Below are positions 37,979-47,224 of a stretch of 64,000 bases of DNA, in pieces. The notes beneath the pieces are model-generated. The model was not told where the DNA came from. It saw nothing but the letters and a program-made list of their open reading frames with translations, and did no database searches. A program made the translations under genes and the position numbers. The stretch covers positions 128,001 through 192,000 of the forward strand of contig CAVQYR010000002.1 of assembly GCA_963718235.1 (NCBI GenBank), written 5' to 3'. This DNA is from an uncultured Actinomycetota bacterium (GTDB lineage Bacteria > Actinomycetota > Actinomycetes > JAHEKZ01). Position 1 is the first letter of the stretch. Each line of letters opens with the position of its first letter.

Positions 37979-39085
37979 TCAGGGCGTCAGCACCACCCGC
38001 CGGGCCTGTCCCTCGTGCATCAGCCGAAAGGCCTCGTTGACGTCGTCGAGGCGCAGTCGATGGCTGACCAGACGGTCCAGCGGCAGCCGACCCGCGCGGT
38101 ACAGCGACAGGATGCGAGGGACGTCGCGCGCGGGCTGGGACGAGCCGTAGATGCAGCCGAGGACCCGACGCTCCAGGAGCGGGATCGACCGAGCGGGGAA
38201 GGACACCTCCGACTCGGTGCCCGGAATGCCGAGCAGGACCGCGGCGCCGCGGCGGCGCGTCGACAAGAAGGCGGCGCGGGAGACCTCGGGGCGACCGGTC
38301 GCCTCGAAGGCGTAGTCGACCCCACCGCGCGTCGCTTCTACGACGGCGTCGGCCGTCGCCTCGGCGGAGCCGGCCCAGAGGATCACGTGGGTCGCCCCGC
38401 ACTCCCGAGCCGCGGTCAGCTTCTCGTGGCTGATGTCGACGGCGACGACGGGGTCGGCCCCCGCAGCGACCGCGCCCATCACCGCGCTCAGCCCCACCCC
38501 GCCGCACCCGAGCACGGCCACCCAGTCACCGGGGCGTACCCGTGCGGTGTTCCAGACCGCTCCGACGCCAGAGAGAACCGCACAGCCGACCAGCGCAGCG
38601 ACGTCGAAGGGCACGTCGTCCGGCACCGGCACGCAGGCGCTGGCCGGTACGACGGCATGGGTCGCGAAGGTGGACAGCAGCGAGTAGTGGAAGACCGGTT
38701 CGCCGTCACGGGTGAGCCGGGTCGTGCCGTCGAGCAGCGTTCCTTCGCCCACGGCCGTCCACCCGACCCGGCACAGGTGGGTCAGTCCGTCGACGCAGTC
38801 CTCGCACGCTCCGCAGGCGGGCAGCCAGGACAGGACGACGTGGGTGCCGACCGGCAGGTCGACTCCCGGGCCGACCGCCTCGACGACCCCGGCTCCCTCG
38901 TGACCGAGCACGGCCGGACAGCGGGTGGGCGCCGTGCCGTCGATCGCGTTCTGGTCGGAGTGGCACACGCCGGTGGCGGCGATCCGGACGAGCACCTCAC
39001 CCGCTCGTGGTGGTGCGAGCTCGAGCTCGACGACCTCGGGGGTCCCGCCAGTGGCGGGGAGCACGGCTGCGCGGATCCGGGTCAC
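37979..39085 (-). CDS. Zn-dependent alcohol dehydrogenase (class III-like)
   Basis: GVCHSD, LGHEGAG, CGACEDC..C, GCGGVG. Confidence 0.9.
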   Translation of the reverse strand: MTRIRAAVLPATGGTPEVVELELAPPRAGEVLVRIAATGVCHSDQNAIDGTAPTRCPAVLGHEGAGVVEAVGPGVDLPVGTHVVLSWLPACGACEDCVDGLTHLCRVGWTAVGEGTLLDGTTRLTRDGEPVFHYSLLSTFATHAVVPASACVPVPDDVPFDVAALVGCAVLSGVGAVWNTARVRPGDWVAVLGCGGVGLSAVMGAVAAGADPVVAVDISHEKLTAARECGATHVILWAGSAEATADAVVEATRGGVDYAFEATGRPEVSRAAFLSTRRRGAAVLLGIPGTESEVSFPARSIPLLERRVLGCIYGSSQPARDVPRILSLYRAGRLPLDRLVSHRLRLDDVNEAFRLMHEGQARRVVLTP

Positions 39086-39087
39086 CT

Positions 39088-39139
39088 CGACTCACTGGTC
39101 CGACTCACTGGTCCGACTCACTGGTCCGACTCACTGGTC
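39088..39139. repeat. Four tandem 13-bp repeats CGACTCACTGGTC
   Basis: Units start at 39088, 39101, 39114 and 39127; each contains a copy of the mttB stop codon. Confidence 0.92.
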
Positions 39140-40558
39140 CAGCTCACGGGTCCGGCGGTCGACGAAGTCACGCAGCTCGGCGTCGAGGGACTCGTCGATG
39201 CCCGGGTCCTCGTACGAGGCGAGCAGCCGCTTCCACTCGTCGGTCGCGACCACGTCGGCGGTGCGCGAACCCTGCTTGACCCAGGTCGGGTAGGCCTGCG
39301 AGCGGAACAGCGGACTCATGAACAGGTCGGTGCGGAAGCGGGCCAGCGTGTGCTCGTGGGCGAGGAACAAGCCCCCAGGACCGACGTCAGCGATCGTGTC
39401 GTAGGCCAGCTGCTCGTCGTCGACCACCAGGCCCTGCTCCAGCCGGTCGAACATCTTGATCGTCTCCAGGTCGAGGACGAGCTTCTCGTAGGACGCCGTG
39501 AGCCCACCTTCGATCCAGCCGGCCGCGTGCACGACCAGGTCGCACTGCGCCAGGTAGGTGGCCCACAGCGACATCGCCGACTCGGTCGCCGTCTGCGCGT
39601 CCAGGGCGATGCCTGAGCACAGGCCGCCGCCGCCCCGTAGCGGCAGGTCGTAACGCCTCGCCAGCTGGGCGCCGGCCAGGGTGGTCAGCACCGACTCGGG
39701 AAGGCCGAGTGACGGGCCTCCGGAGCGCATGTCCACGCCGTTGAAGAAGCAGCCGAGGATGCAGGGCGCGCCCGGTCGTACCAGCTGGGCGATGGCGACG
39801 CCCGCGAGAGTCTCCGCCACGAGCAGGGACAGCCCTGCCGCGAGCGTGACCGGTGCCGATGCGCCGGCCAGCAGGAACGGGGTGATGGCCACCGGCTGGC
39901 CGAACTCCGCGCAGGCCATCAGGGTGTCGACCATGAGCTCGTCCCACACCAGGGGGCTGTTCGGGTTGACGATCCCGATCACGCCGGGGTTCTGGGCGAG
40001 CGCGTCCGCGCCTCCGGCGGCGATGGCCGCGAGCGCGAGACCGTCGCGGGTCTTGGGGCCGCTCGTCCCGTAGAGCAGGTAGGGGCGACCGCTCCACCGC
40101 AGGATCGAGTAGTCCATCTCCAGGTGCCGGCTCGTGTACTCGAGGTCCTGGGCCTCGGTCGTCCCGCTCTGCAGGATCGGGAGCAGGTCGCTGGCGTGCG
40201 CGAGCTTCACCAGCTCGACGTGGTCGGAGATGGTGCCATCTCGGCGGCCGCGCTCCCGGTCGTCGGCGAACGGCGGTCCACCGACGGGGGTGTGGGCCAG
40301 GCTGCCGCCGCCCAGGGTGACGGTTCGCTGCGGGTCGCGGCCGCGCAGTGCGATCGTGGACGGCGCCAGCGCGAGCTGCGCCATGACGAAGCCCTCGTCG
40401 AAGTGAACCCTGGTGCCGTCGATGCGCTGACCCGCCCCCGCCAGCAGCTCGATGGCCTCCTCGCTGTGCACCTCGACACCGACGTCCTGGAGGATCCGGA
40501 TCGCCTGGTCGTGAATACGCTCGAGCGCGACGTCGTCGAGGGGCTCGATCCGGATCAA
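39131..40558 (-). CDS. mttB: Trimethylamine methyltransferase MttB superfamily, no in-frame amber codon
   Basis: IHDQAIRILQDVGV, NPNSPLVWD, GASAPVTLAAG, QLARRYDLPLRGGG, HAAGWIEGGLTASYEK, VGPGGLFLAHEHT. True start may be ~40587, offset by an indel. Confidence 0.88.
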   Translation of the reverse strand: MIRIEPLDDVALERIHDQAIRILQDVGVEVHSEEAIELLAGAGQRIDGTRVHFDEGFVMAQLALAPSTIALRGRDPQRTVTLGGGSLAHTPVGGPPFADDRERGRRDGTISDHVELVKLAHASDLLPILQSGTTEAQDLEYTSRHLEMDYSILRWSGRPYLLYGTSGPKTRDGLALAAIAAGGADALAQNPGVIGIVNPNSPLVWDELMVDTLMACAEFGQPVAITPFLLAGASAPVTLAAGLSLLVAETLAGVAIAQLVRPGAPCILGCFFNGVDMRSGGPSLGLPESVLTTLAGAQLARRYDLPLRGGGGLCSGIALDAQTATESAMSLWATYLAQCDLVVHAAGWIEGGLTASYEKLVLDLETIKMFDRLEQGLVVDDEQLAYDTIADVGPGGLFLAHEHTLARFRTDLFMSPLFRSQAYPTWVKQGSRTADVVATDEWKRLLASYEDPGIDESLDAELRDFVDRRTRELDQ

Positions 40559-40689
40559 GGCAGCACCCGGCCGGTCGTGAGCATCATCGCCTGGACTCCC
40601 TTTCCGAGGTTCGCTGCCCCGACGCTATCGGAGGTCGGGTGCTACCCCGGTCTGCCAGGATGGGCCGTCGGAAGCGGACAGCAGCGATC

Positions 40690-42006
40690 GTGGGAGTGGC
40701 AGTGGTTGAGGGTCGGCCTTCGGTCCTGGTCGTCGGCGCGGGCATCATCGGGTGCTCGGTCGGTCTGGAGCTCGCCCGGCACGGCTGGCCGGTCACCGTG
40801 GTCGATCGCGGGGCCGGTCCCGGATCGGGGTCGACCAGTGCGTCGTCGGCCATGGTGCGGTTCAACTACGACTCGCTGCCCGAGACCGCCCTGGCCTGGG
40901 AGGCGGCCGCCCGATGGAACGCATGGCCTCAGCACCTGGGCGCAGTCGACCCGGCCGGCCTCGCCCAGTTCGTCCGCACCGGCCTGCTGGTGCTCGACGG
41001 CGAGCTCACCGACCACGTCACGTCCCTGCGTCACTTCGACGAGCTGGGCATTCCCTACGAGCAGCTGACCGCCGACCAGATCAGGGAGCGCTTCCCCGCA
41101 CTCGACCCGGCGCGGCTCGGGCCGGCCTGCCGGGTCGAGGACGACCACTTCTGGGCCGAGCCGAGCGGTGAGCTGGGAGGGTTCGTCCAGCCGGACTCCG
41201 GGTTCGTGACCGACCCCGCGCTGGCTGCACACAACCTCGCCCACGCCGCCGAGCAGGCCGGTGCGTCGTTCCGCTGGCGCGCGCAGGTCGTGGGGGTGCT
41301 GCGCGACGCCGGCCGGGTCACCGGGCTGCGGCTGAGCGACGGCGAGACCCTCGAGGCCGCGGTGGTCGTCAACGCTGCCGGGCCGTGGTCCTCCTCGCTG
41401 AACGCGATGGCCGGGGTGCTGGACGACTTCCACACCTCCACCCGCGCGGTGGAGCAGGAGGTCATCTCGGTCCCGGCTCCGCCAGGGTTCGGCCTCGACG
41501 ACGGTGGGACCGGCGTCCACGACCCGGACTTCGCCACGTACTTCCGCCCGCACCCGGGGGGAACGATCATCGTGGGCAGCTTCGAGCCGCCGTGCGACCC
41601 TCTGGTCTTCGTCGACGACCCCGACGACGTCGTGTCGCACGTGACCGCGCAGACCTGGGAGGTGCAGAGCCTGCGCCTGGCCCGGCGGCTGCCGGGTCTC
41701 ACCGTCCCGAGCACGAAGTCCGGGGTGGTGAGCGCGTACGACGTCACGGACGACTGGATCCCCTTGTACGACCGGACGAGCCTGGACGGGTTCTACGTGG
41801 CGATCGGCACGAGCGGGCACCAGTTCAAGGCCGCTCCCTTCGTGGGTGAGCTGATGGCGACGCTGGTCGACGCGGTGGAGTCCGGGCACGACCACGACGC
41901 TGACCCGGTCGTCGTGCGGGGCAGCTACACCGGTGTCGACGTCGAGCTCTCCTACTTCTCCCGGCGGCGACAGGTCGTGGCGCACCACGGGATGTTCAAG
42001 GGATGA
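40690..42006 (+). CDS. FAD-dependent oxidoreductase (DAO/sarcosine oxidase beta-like)
   Basis: VVGAGIIG, GSTSASS, VVNAAGPWS, YDVTDDWIP, GTSGHQFKAAP; start approximate. Confidence 0.85.
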   Translation: MGVAVVEGRPSVLVVGAGIIGCSVGLELARHGWPVTVVDRGAGPGSGSTSASSAMVRFNYDSLPETALAWEAAARWNAWPQHLGAVDPAGLAQFVRTGLLVLDGELTDHVTSLRHFDELGIPYEQLTADQIRERFPALDPARLGPACRVEDDHFWAEPSGELGGFVQPDSGFVTDPALAAHNLAHAAEQAGASFRWRAQVVGVLRDAGRVTGLRLSDGETLEAAVVVNAAGPWSSSLNAMAGVLDDFHTSTRAVEQEVISVPAPPGFGLDDGGTGVHDPDFATYFRPHPGGTIIVGSFEPPCDPLVFVDDPDDVVSHVTAQTWEVQSLRLARRLPGLTVPSTKSGVVSAYDVTDDWIPLYDRTSLDGFYVAIGTSGHQFKAAPFVGELMATLVDAVESGHDHDADPVVVRGSYTGVDVELSYFSRRRQVVAHHGMFKG

Positions 42007-44441
42007 AGGACCAGTACCGCGTCGTCGTCGTCGGCGGCGGGATCGTCGGCTGCAGCGTCCTGTACCACCTGGCCCTGCGCGGGTGGACCGACATCGCCCT
42101 GGTCGAGCGGGCCGAGCTGACCGCGGGGTCGAGCTGGCACGCGGCGGGGGGCTTCCACGCGATCAACAGCGACACCCACATCGCGGCACTGCAGAAGTAC
42201 ACGATCGACCTCTACCCGCAGGTCGAGGCCGAGAGCGGGCAGAGCGTCGGGCTCAAGATGACCGGCGGCATCGAGCTGGCGAGCACCCCTGAACGCATGC
42301 AGTGGCTGAGGGCTGAGCTCGCCTGGCACGCGATGATGGGCACCGAGGGCACTCGTCTGCTCGACGTCGAGGAGATCGTCGACCTCGTGCCGATCGTCGA
42401 GCCGGCCGGGCTGGTCGGGGGGCTCTTCGACCCGCACGAGGGCAACCTCGACCCGCACGGAGCGACCCACGCGTACGCAGGAGCCGCACGTCGACGCGGC
42501 GCGGACGTCGTCCTGCACAACCGCGTGCTGGCGATCAGGGACGGCCGGCCCACCGGTCCCTGGGTCCTGGAGACCGAGCAGGGCGAGATCCGGGCCGAGC
42601 ACGTCGTGAACGCCGCCGGACTGTGGGCGCGGCGGGTGGGGCGGATGGTGGGCGTGGACCACCCGCTCACCCCGATGCCGCACCACTACCTGGTCACCGA
42701 GGACATCCCGGAGGTCGCGGCGATCCACGGGGTCATGCCCGCGGTGACCGACCTGGAGGGGTTCACCTACCTGCAGCGGGAGAAGAACGGTGTGCTGCTC
42801 GGCGTCTACGAGCAGAACCCGACACACTGGAAGACCGAGGGTGCCGACTGGGACTACGGCATGGTCCTGTTGCCCGAGGACGTCGAGCGGATCAGCCCCG
42901 AGCTCGCCATCGGCTTCTCGCGCTTTCCCGCCCTGCAGGACGCCGGCATCCGACGATGGGTGAACGGCGCGTTCACCTTCACTCCCGACGGCAACCCGCT
43001 CGTCGGCCCGGTGCGCGGGCGCCCCGGCTACTGGGCGGCCTGCGGGGTGATGGCGGGCTACTCGCAGTGCGCGGCGATCGGCCTCGCGCTGTCGAACTGG
43101 ATCGTCGACGGCGACCCCGGTGACGACGTGTTCGCGATGGACGTCACGCGGTTCGGCCCGTACGCGTCCAACGACACGTACCTGAAGGAGACCACCGCTC
43201 AGTTCTACGCGCGTCGGTTCGTCATCGCCTACCCCAACGAGCGACTGCCTGCGGGGCGCCCGCTGAAGACGACCCCCGCGTACGACGCGCTGCGCGCCGA
43301 GGGTGCGCAGTTCGACGCGACCTGGGGCCTGGAGGTGCCCCAATTCTTCGCCCCGGGGCAGCCGGACTTCCACGAGGTGCCCTCGTTGCACCGGTCCAAC
43401 GCGTTCCCGCTGGTGGCCGACGAGGTCGCCGCGGTGCGTGAGACTGTCGGCGCGTACGAGACAGGCGTGTACGCCCGCTACGAGGTCACCGGCCCCGGCG
43501 CGGCCGCCTGGCTGGACCGGCTGCTCGCCTGCCGGATCCCCCAGCAGGGGCGGATGCGTCTCGCACCCATGCTGGCGGTGGACGGCACGCTGCGCGGTGA
43601 CCTCACGGTCGCCCGGCTCGACGACGAGCGGTTCTGGCTCGTCGGGTCCTACTACCTCCAGCAGTGGCACCAGCGCTGGTTCGACCGCTGGCTCCCGTCG
43701 TCCGGTGAGGTACACCTCACCAACCTCACCGACCAGTGGCTGGGGTTCGCGGTGTCCGGGCCTCGCTCGCGCGACCTGTTGTCCACACTGACGTCGTCCG
43801 ACGTGTCGTCGGCGAGCCTGCCGTTCATGGGGATCGGCGCGATGGACGTGGGCTCGGCCCGGGCCGTGGTCGCCCGGCTGTCCCTCACCGGCGAGCTCGG
43901 GTACGAGATCACCGTGCCGGCCACCCAGCACCGCCAGCTGTGGCGGGAGCTCAAGGAGGCCGGCGAGGACCTCGGGCTGCGGCCCGTGGGCGACCGAGCC
44001 ATCGACAGCCTGCGGCTGGAGAAGGGCTACGGAATCTGGTCGGCGGAGTTCACCCAGGCCTACACGCCGGGAATGTCCGGGCTCGACCGGTTCGTGGCGT
44101 TCGACAAGGGCGACTTCATCGGGCGCGATGCCGCACTGCGCGAGCGGGCCGAGGGTTCGGTGCAGACCCTGGTGCTGCTCGAGGTCGACGCCGCAGATGC
44201 GGACGCCTCCGGCGACGAGGGAGTGTGGTGCGAGGGCCGGCTGGTGGGCACGACGACGTCCGGGGCCTACGGCCACCACGTCGGACGCAGCCTCGCGCTG
44301 GCCTACGTCGACCGAGTCGTCGTCGACTCCAGGCCGGACGTGTCGGTCTTCGTGGTCGGCGAGGAGCGTCCGGCGCGGATCCTCACCGAGCCCCCCTACG
44401 ACCCGAAGGGCCTGCGGCTGCGCGACCCCGCGGCGGGGTGA
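42003..44441 (+). CDS. GcvT-family dimethylglycine/sarcosine dehydrogenase-like flavoprotein
   Basis: GGGIVG, GSSWHAAG, FTFTPDGNP, LSLTGELGYEI, SLRLEKGY; FAD domain plus THF-binding domain. Confidence 0.9.
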   Translation: MKDQYRVVVVGGGIVGCSVLYHLALRGWTDIALVERAELTAGSSWHAAGGFHAINSDTHIAALQKYTIDLYPQVEAESGQSVGLKMTGGIELASTPERMQWLRAELAWHAMMGTEGTRLLDVEEIVDLVPIVEPAGLVGGLFDPHEGNLDPHGATHAYAGAARRRGADVVLHNRVLAIRDGRPTGPWVLETEQGEIRAEHVVNAAGLWARRVGRMVGVDHPLTPMPHHYLVTEDIPEVAAIHGVMPAVTDLEGFTYLQREKNGVLLGVYEQNPTHWKTEGADWDYGMVLLPEDVERISPELAIGFSRFPALQDAGIRRWVNGAFTFTPDGNPLVGPVRGRPGYWAACGVMAGYSQCAAIGLALSNWIVDGDPGDDVFAMDVTRFGPYASNDTYLKETTAQFYARRFVIAYPNERLPAGRPLKTTPAYDALRAEGAQFDATWGLEVPQFFAPGQPDFHEVPSLHRSNAFPLVADEVAAVRETVGAYETGVYARYEVTGPGAAAWLDRLLACRIPQQGRMRLAPMLAVDGTLRGDLTVARLDDERFWLVGSYYLQQWHQRWFDRWLPSSGEVHLTNLTDQWLGFAVSGPRSRDLLSTLTSSDVSSASLPFMGIGAMDVGSARAVVARLSLTGELGYEITVPATQHRQLWRELKEAGEDLGLRPVGDRAIDSLRLEKGYGIWSAEFTQAYTPGMSGLDRFVAFDKGDFIGRDAALRERAEGSVQTLVLLEVDAADADASGDEGVWCEGRLVGTTTSGAYGHHVGRSLALAYVDRVVVDSRPDVSVFVVGEERPARILTEPPYDPKGLRLRDPAAG

Positions 44442-44450
44442 CCTGAGCCG

Positions 44451-45290
44451 ATGCTCGCAGTAGCGCTTGCTCTGGTCTCGTCGGTCGCCTACGGGTTCAC
44501 CGACTTCCTCGGCGGGTTGGCGTCGCGGCGGGCCCACGTCCTGGTGGTCGCGATGGTCGCGCAGCCGGCCGGCCTGGTGCTCCTGCTCCCGGTGGCGTTG
44601 GCGGTGGGTGGGGTTGTGAGCGTTCCCGCCCTCGCGTGGGGCGTCGTGTCGGGGCTCGGCGGAGCAGTGGCGTACTTCCTGCTGTTCCGCAGCCTGGCGA
44701 TCGGTCCGATGAGCATCGCCTCGCCGCTGTCCGCACTCACGTCGGCCATCGTCCCCGTCCTGGCCGGGCTCGCCTTCGGGGAGCAGCTGACCACGTGGTC
44801 CTGGGTCGGGATCGGGCTGGGCCTTGGCGCGGTCCTGCTGGTCAGTCGGCAGCACGAGGACACCCCTCACCCGGTGACGGGCAAGGTGGTCGCCATGTCC
44901 TTGACCGCTGGGGGCTTCATCGCGGTGTTCTTCATCGCGCTGGAGCGCTCACCGGACGCCAGCGGGCTGTGGCCCTTGGTGATGTCCCGGGCGGTCGCCG
45001 CGCTGGTCCTGACCGTCGCCGCGTTCTCGGCCAAGGTGGTGACCAAGCCCTCCCGGGACGTCCTCCTCCTGGCCCTGGGAGCAGCAGTCCTGGACACCGT
45101 GGCCACCGCCGCGTTCCTGCTGGCCACCCGGGAGGGACTGCTGGCGATCGTCGCTGTCATCACTGCCCTGTACCCCGCGGCCACGCTGCTCATGGCCCGG
45201 GTGGTGCTGGGCGAGCGGCTCCAGGCAGTGCAGCGGATCGGACTGGCGGTCGCTGCCGGCTCGGTCGTGCTCTTGGCCCTGGCCAGCTGA
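44451..45290 (+). CDS. EamA/DMT family transporter
   Basis: YGFTDFLGG, GPMSIASP, ALYPAAT; 10 TM segments. Confidence 0.88.
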   Translation: MLAVALALVSSVAYGFTDFLGGLASRRAHVLVVAMVAQPAGLVLLLPVALAVGGVVSVPALAWGVVSGLGGAVAYFLLFRSLAIGPMSIASPLSALTSAIVPVLAGLAFGEQLTTWSWVGIGLGLGAVLLVSRQHEDTPHPVTGKVVAMSLTAGGFIAVFFIALERSPDASGLWPLVMSRAVAALVLTVAAFSAKVVTKPSRDVLLLALGAAVLDTVATAAFLLATREGLLAIVAVITALYPAATLLMARVVLGERLQAVQRIGLAVAAGSVVLLALAS

Positions 45291-45310
45291 CGCTCACTAC
45301 AGTTGGCCAG

Positions 45311-46396
45311 GTGCCTTCCGTTCGCCTGCACATCGGGGCCATGAAGACAGGGACCACGTACGTCCAGCAGACGCTCGCGCACAACCGGGCCCTGCTCGCC
45401 GAGGCGGGGGTCCTGTACCCGAAGCCGTGGTCCGACCAGGTCGAGGCCGTGCGCGACGTGCTCGCCCTCAAAGGGGGGAGCCACCTGGGCTCGATCTCCG
45501 GGGCCTGGGACGGCCTGGTCCAGCAGATCCACGCCTGGCCGGGGCAGCAGGCCGTCGTCTCGGTCGAGTTTCTGTCGTTCGCCGACAAGAAGCAGGTCGC
45601 CCGGATCGTCGACGACCTCGCCCCGTCCGGGGTCACCGTCGTCCTGGGAGTCCGAGACCTCGCCCGAGGAATCCCCGCGCAGTGGCAGACGTCGGTGCGC
45701 AACGGGTCGTCGTGGACCTACCGGCAGTTCCTCGAGGGGCTGACGCTACGGCGCCCCTCGCACCCCAAGCTGCACCTTTGGAAACGTCAGGACACCGGGC
45801 GCATCGCTTCGCGGTGGGCGGACGCCGTCGGGCCGGAGAACGTCATCGTGGTGACCGTCCCGCCCCGGGGGGCGCCCCCGCACGAGCTGTGGGAACGGAT
45901 GTCCCGCGCGCTCGGGCTCGACGGCGTCGCTCTCGAGCAGAGCGCAGCGAGCAACGTGTCGTTGGGTCCGACGACCACCGAGCTGCTGCGACGGGTCAAC
46001 GCGCAGTCGGAGTCCATCGAGATGGACCAGTGGGTCTACCAGCACGCAGTGAACCGCGCCCTGTCGCACTCGGTGCTGCCCGGGATCTCCGAGCCGCACC
46101 CTGCCCTCTCGGTTCCTGAGGAGTTCCACGACTGGGTGCGGCGTGAGTCCGCGCGAGTGGTCAAGGAGATCACCAAGTCGGGCGTCACCGTGGTCGGTGA
46201 CCTGGCCGACCTCGAGCCGCGGCTGGGCGACTCCGCCGTCGTCTGGCCGGAGGAGCTGACCGCCGAGGACCTGCTGGGCGCCGCAATCGAGTCCCTCACC
46301 GCGTACACGAACCTGGTGGGGCAGCGCCAGAAGGCCGAGGCCGAACGCGCCCGAGCCAAGAAGCGTCGACGGCCGCGGGGGGCCACGGCACGGTAG
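45311..46396 (+). CDS. Sulfotransferase-like P-loop protein
   Basis: LHIGAMKTGTTYVQ (5'-PSB-like), VVSVEFL, VRDLARGIPAQWQ; leaderless TACAGT+7+GTG. Confidence 0.7.
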   Translation: MPSVRLHIGAMKTGTTYVQQTLAHNRALLAEAGVLYPKPWSDQVEAVRDVLALKGGSHLGSISGAWDGLVQQIHAWPGQQAVVSVEFLSFADKKQVARIVDDLAPSGVTVVLGVRDLARGIPAQWQTSVRNGSSWTYRQFLEGLTLRRPSHPKLHLWKRQDTGRIASRWADAVGPENVIVVTVPPRGAPPHELWERMSRALGLDGVALEQSAASNVSLGPTTTELLRRVNAQSESIEMDQWVYQHAVNRALSHSVLPGISEPHPALSVPEEFHDWVRRESARVVKEITKSGVTVVGDLADLEPRLGDSAVVWPEELTAEDLLGAAIESLTAYTNLVGQRQKAEAERARAKKRRRPRGATAR

Positions 46397-46494
46397 ACGT
46401 CCGCCGGTTGCCGGACGGACTCCCGTTCACTGCATCCGAGGAAGGGTTGTGGGCGGAAGAGGGGACATAAGCCCGTCAACACCCGGAGGATCTC

Positions 46495-47130
46495 ATGCAG
46501 TTTCGTCATCGTGCGCTCGCCGTCGTCGCGGCCGCAGGCGTCGCCCTCGTGCCTGCTCTCGTCGGTGCGTCGAGCGCCAGCGCCGACCCTGGCACCAAGT
46601 CACTGGCCAAGGTGCTGCTGGCCGACACCACCAAGAAGGGCAAGCCGTCGTTTGACAACAACGGCAAGGACTTCGACATCCTGACCGCAGCCGTACTCGG
46701 CGTCTTGGATGCCAAGCCTTCTTCGCCTGTCTCCGTCCTCACTGACGGAAAGGTCAAGCTCACCGCGTTCCTGCCGACCGACGGCGGATTCATGCGCACC
46801 GGCAAGGCGCTCGGGATCACGGCGAAGTCCGAGGAGCGGTTGGCGACGAAGTACGTGAAGGCCCTGGGTGTCGACGGTCTGGAGAGCGTCCTTCTCTACC
46901 ACGTCGTTCCGGGAGTGAAGATCAACGCAGCCACGGCTGCTCAGTCCGACGGAGCCAAGCTCAAGACCGCCCTGGGTCAGAAGATCCGGGTCAACGTCAC
47001 CCACGACGGCATCGTCATCAAGGACCGCAACCCCGACGTCGCCGACCCCAAGGTGATCATCACCGACATCAACAAGGGCAACAAGCAGATCGCGCACGGC
47101 ATCAACCGGGTGCTGCTGCCCACCCTCTGA
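46495..47130 (+). CDS. Secreted fasciclin-domain protein
   Basis: Signal peptide; LTAFLPTD, VLLYHVVPG, IAHGINRVLLP. Confidence 0.88.
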   Translation: MQFRHRALAVVAAAGVALVPALVGASSASADPGTKSLAKVLLADTTKKGKPSFDNNGKDFDILTAAVLGVLDAKPSSPVSVLTDGKVKLTAFLPTDGGFMRTGKALGITAKSEERLATKYVKALGVDGLESVLLYHVVPGVKINAATAAQSDGAKLKTALGQKIRVNVTHDGIVIKDRNPDVADPKVIITDINKGNKQIAHGINRVLLPTL

Positions 47131-47159
47131 TCTCTGATCACTGATCACTGATCGCGGAC

Positions 47160-47202
47160 CGAAGCCGCTGGCGGAGCGCACCTGACTCCGCCAGCGGCTT
47201 CG
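47160..47202. terminator. 17-bp stem, probably a bidirectional terminator
   Basis: CGAAGCCGCTGGCGGAG/CTCCGCCAGCGGCTTCG between convergent genes. Confidence 0.8.
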
Positions 47203-47224
47203 TCGGTTCAGCCGTCCGGATGGG

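Noticed and set aside
39131-40558. Pyrrolysine recoding in MttB
   Set aside because: The ORF has no in-frame TAG and no pyl genes are present.
41952-44870. Long antisense ORFs (972 aa here; also 5217-7646, 27316-29160, 566-1618 and others)
   Set aside because: Shadow ORFs of high-GC coding strands with no recognisable motifs.
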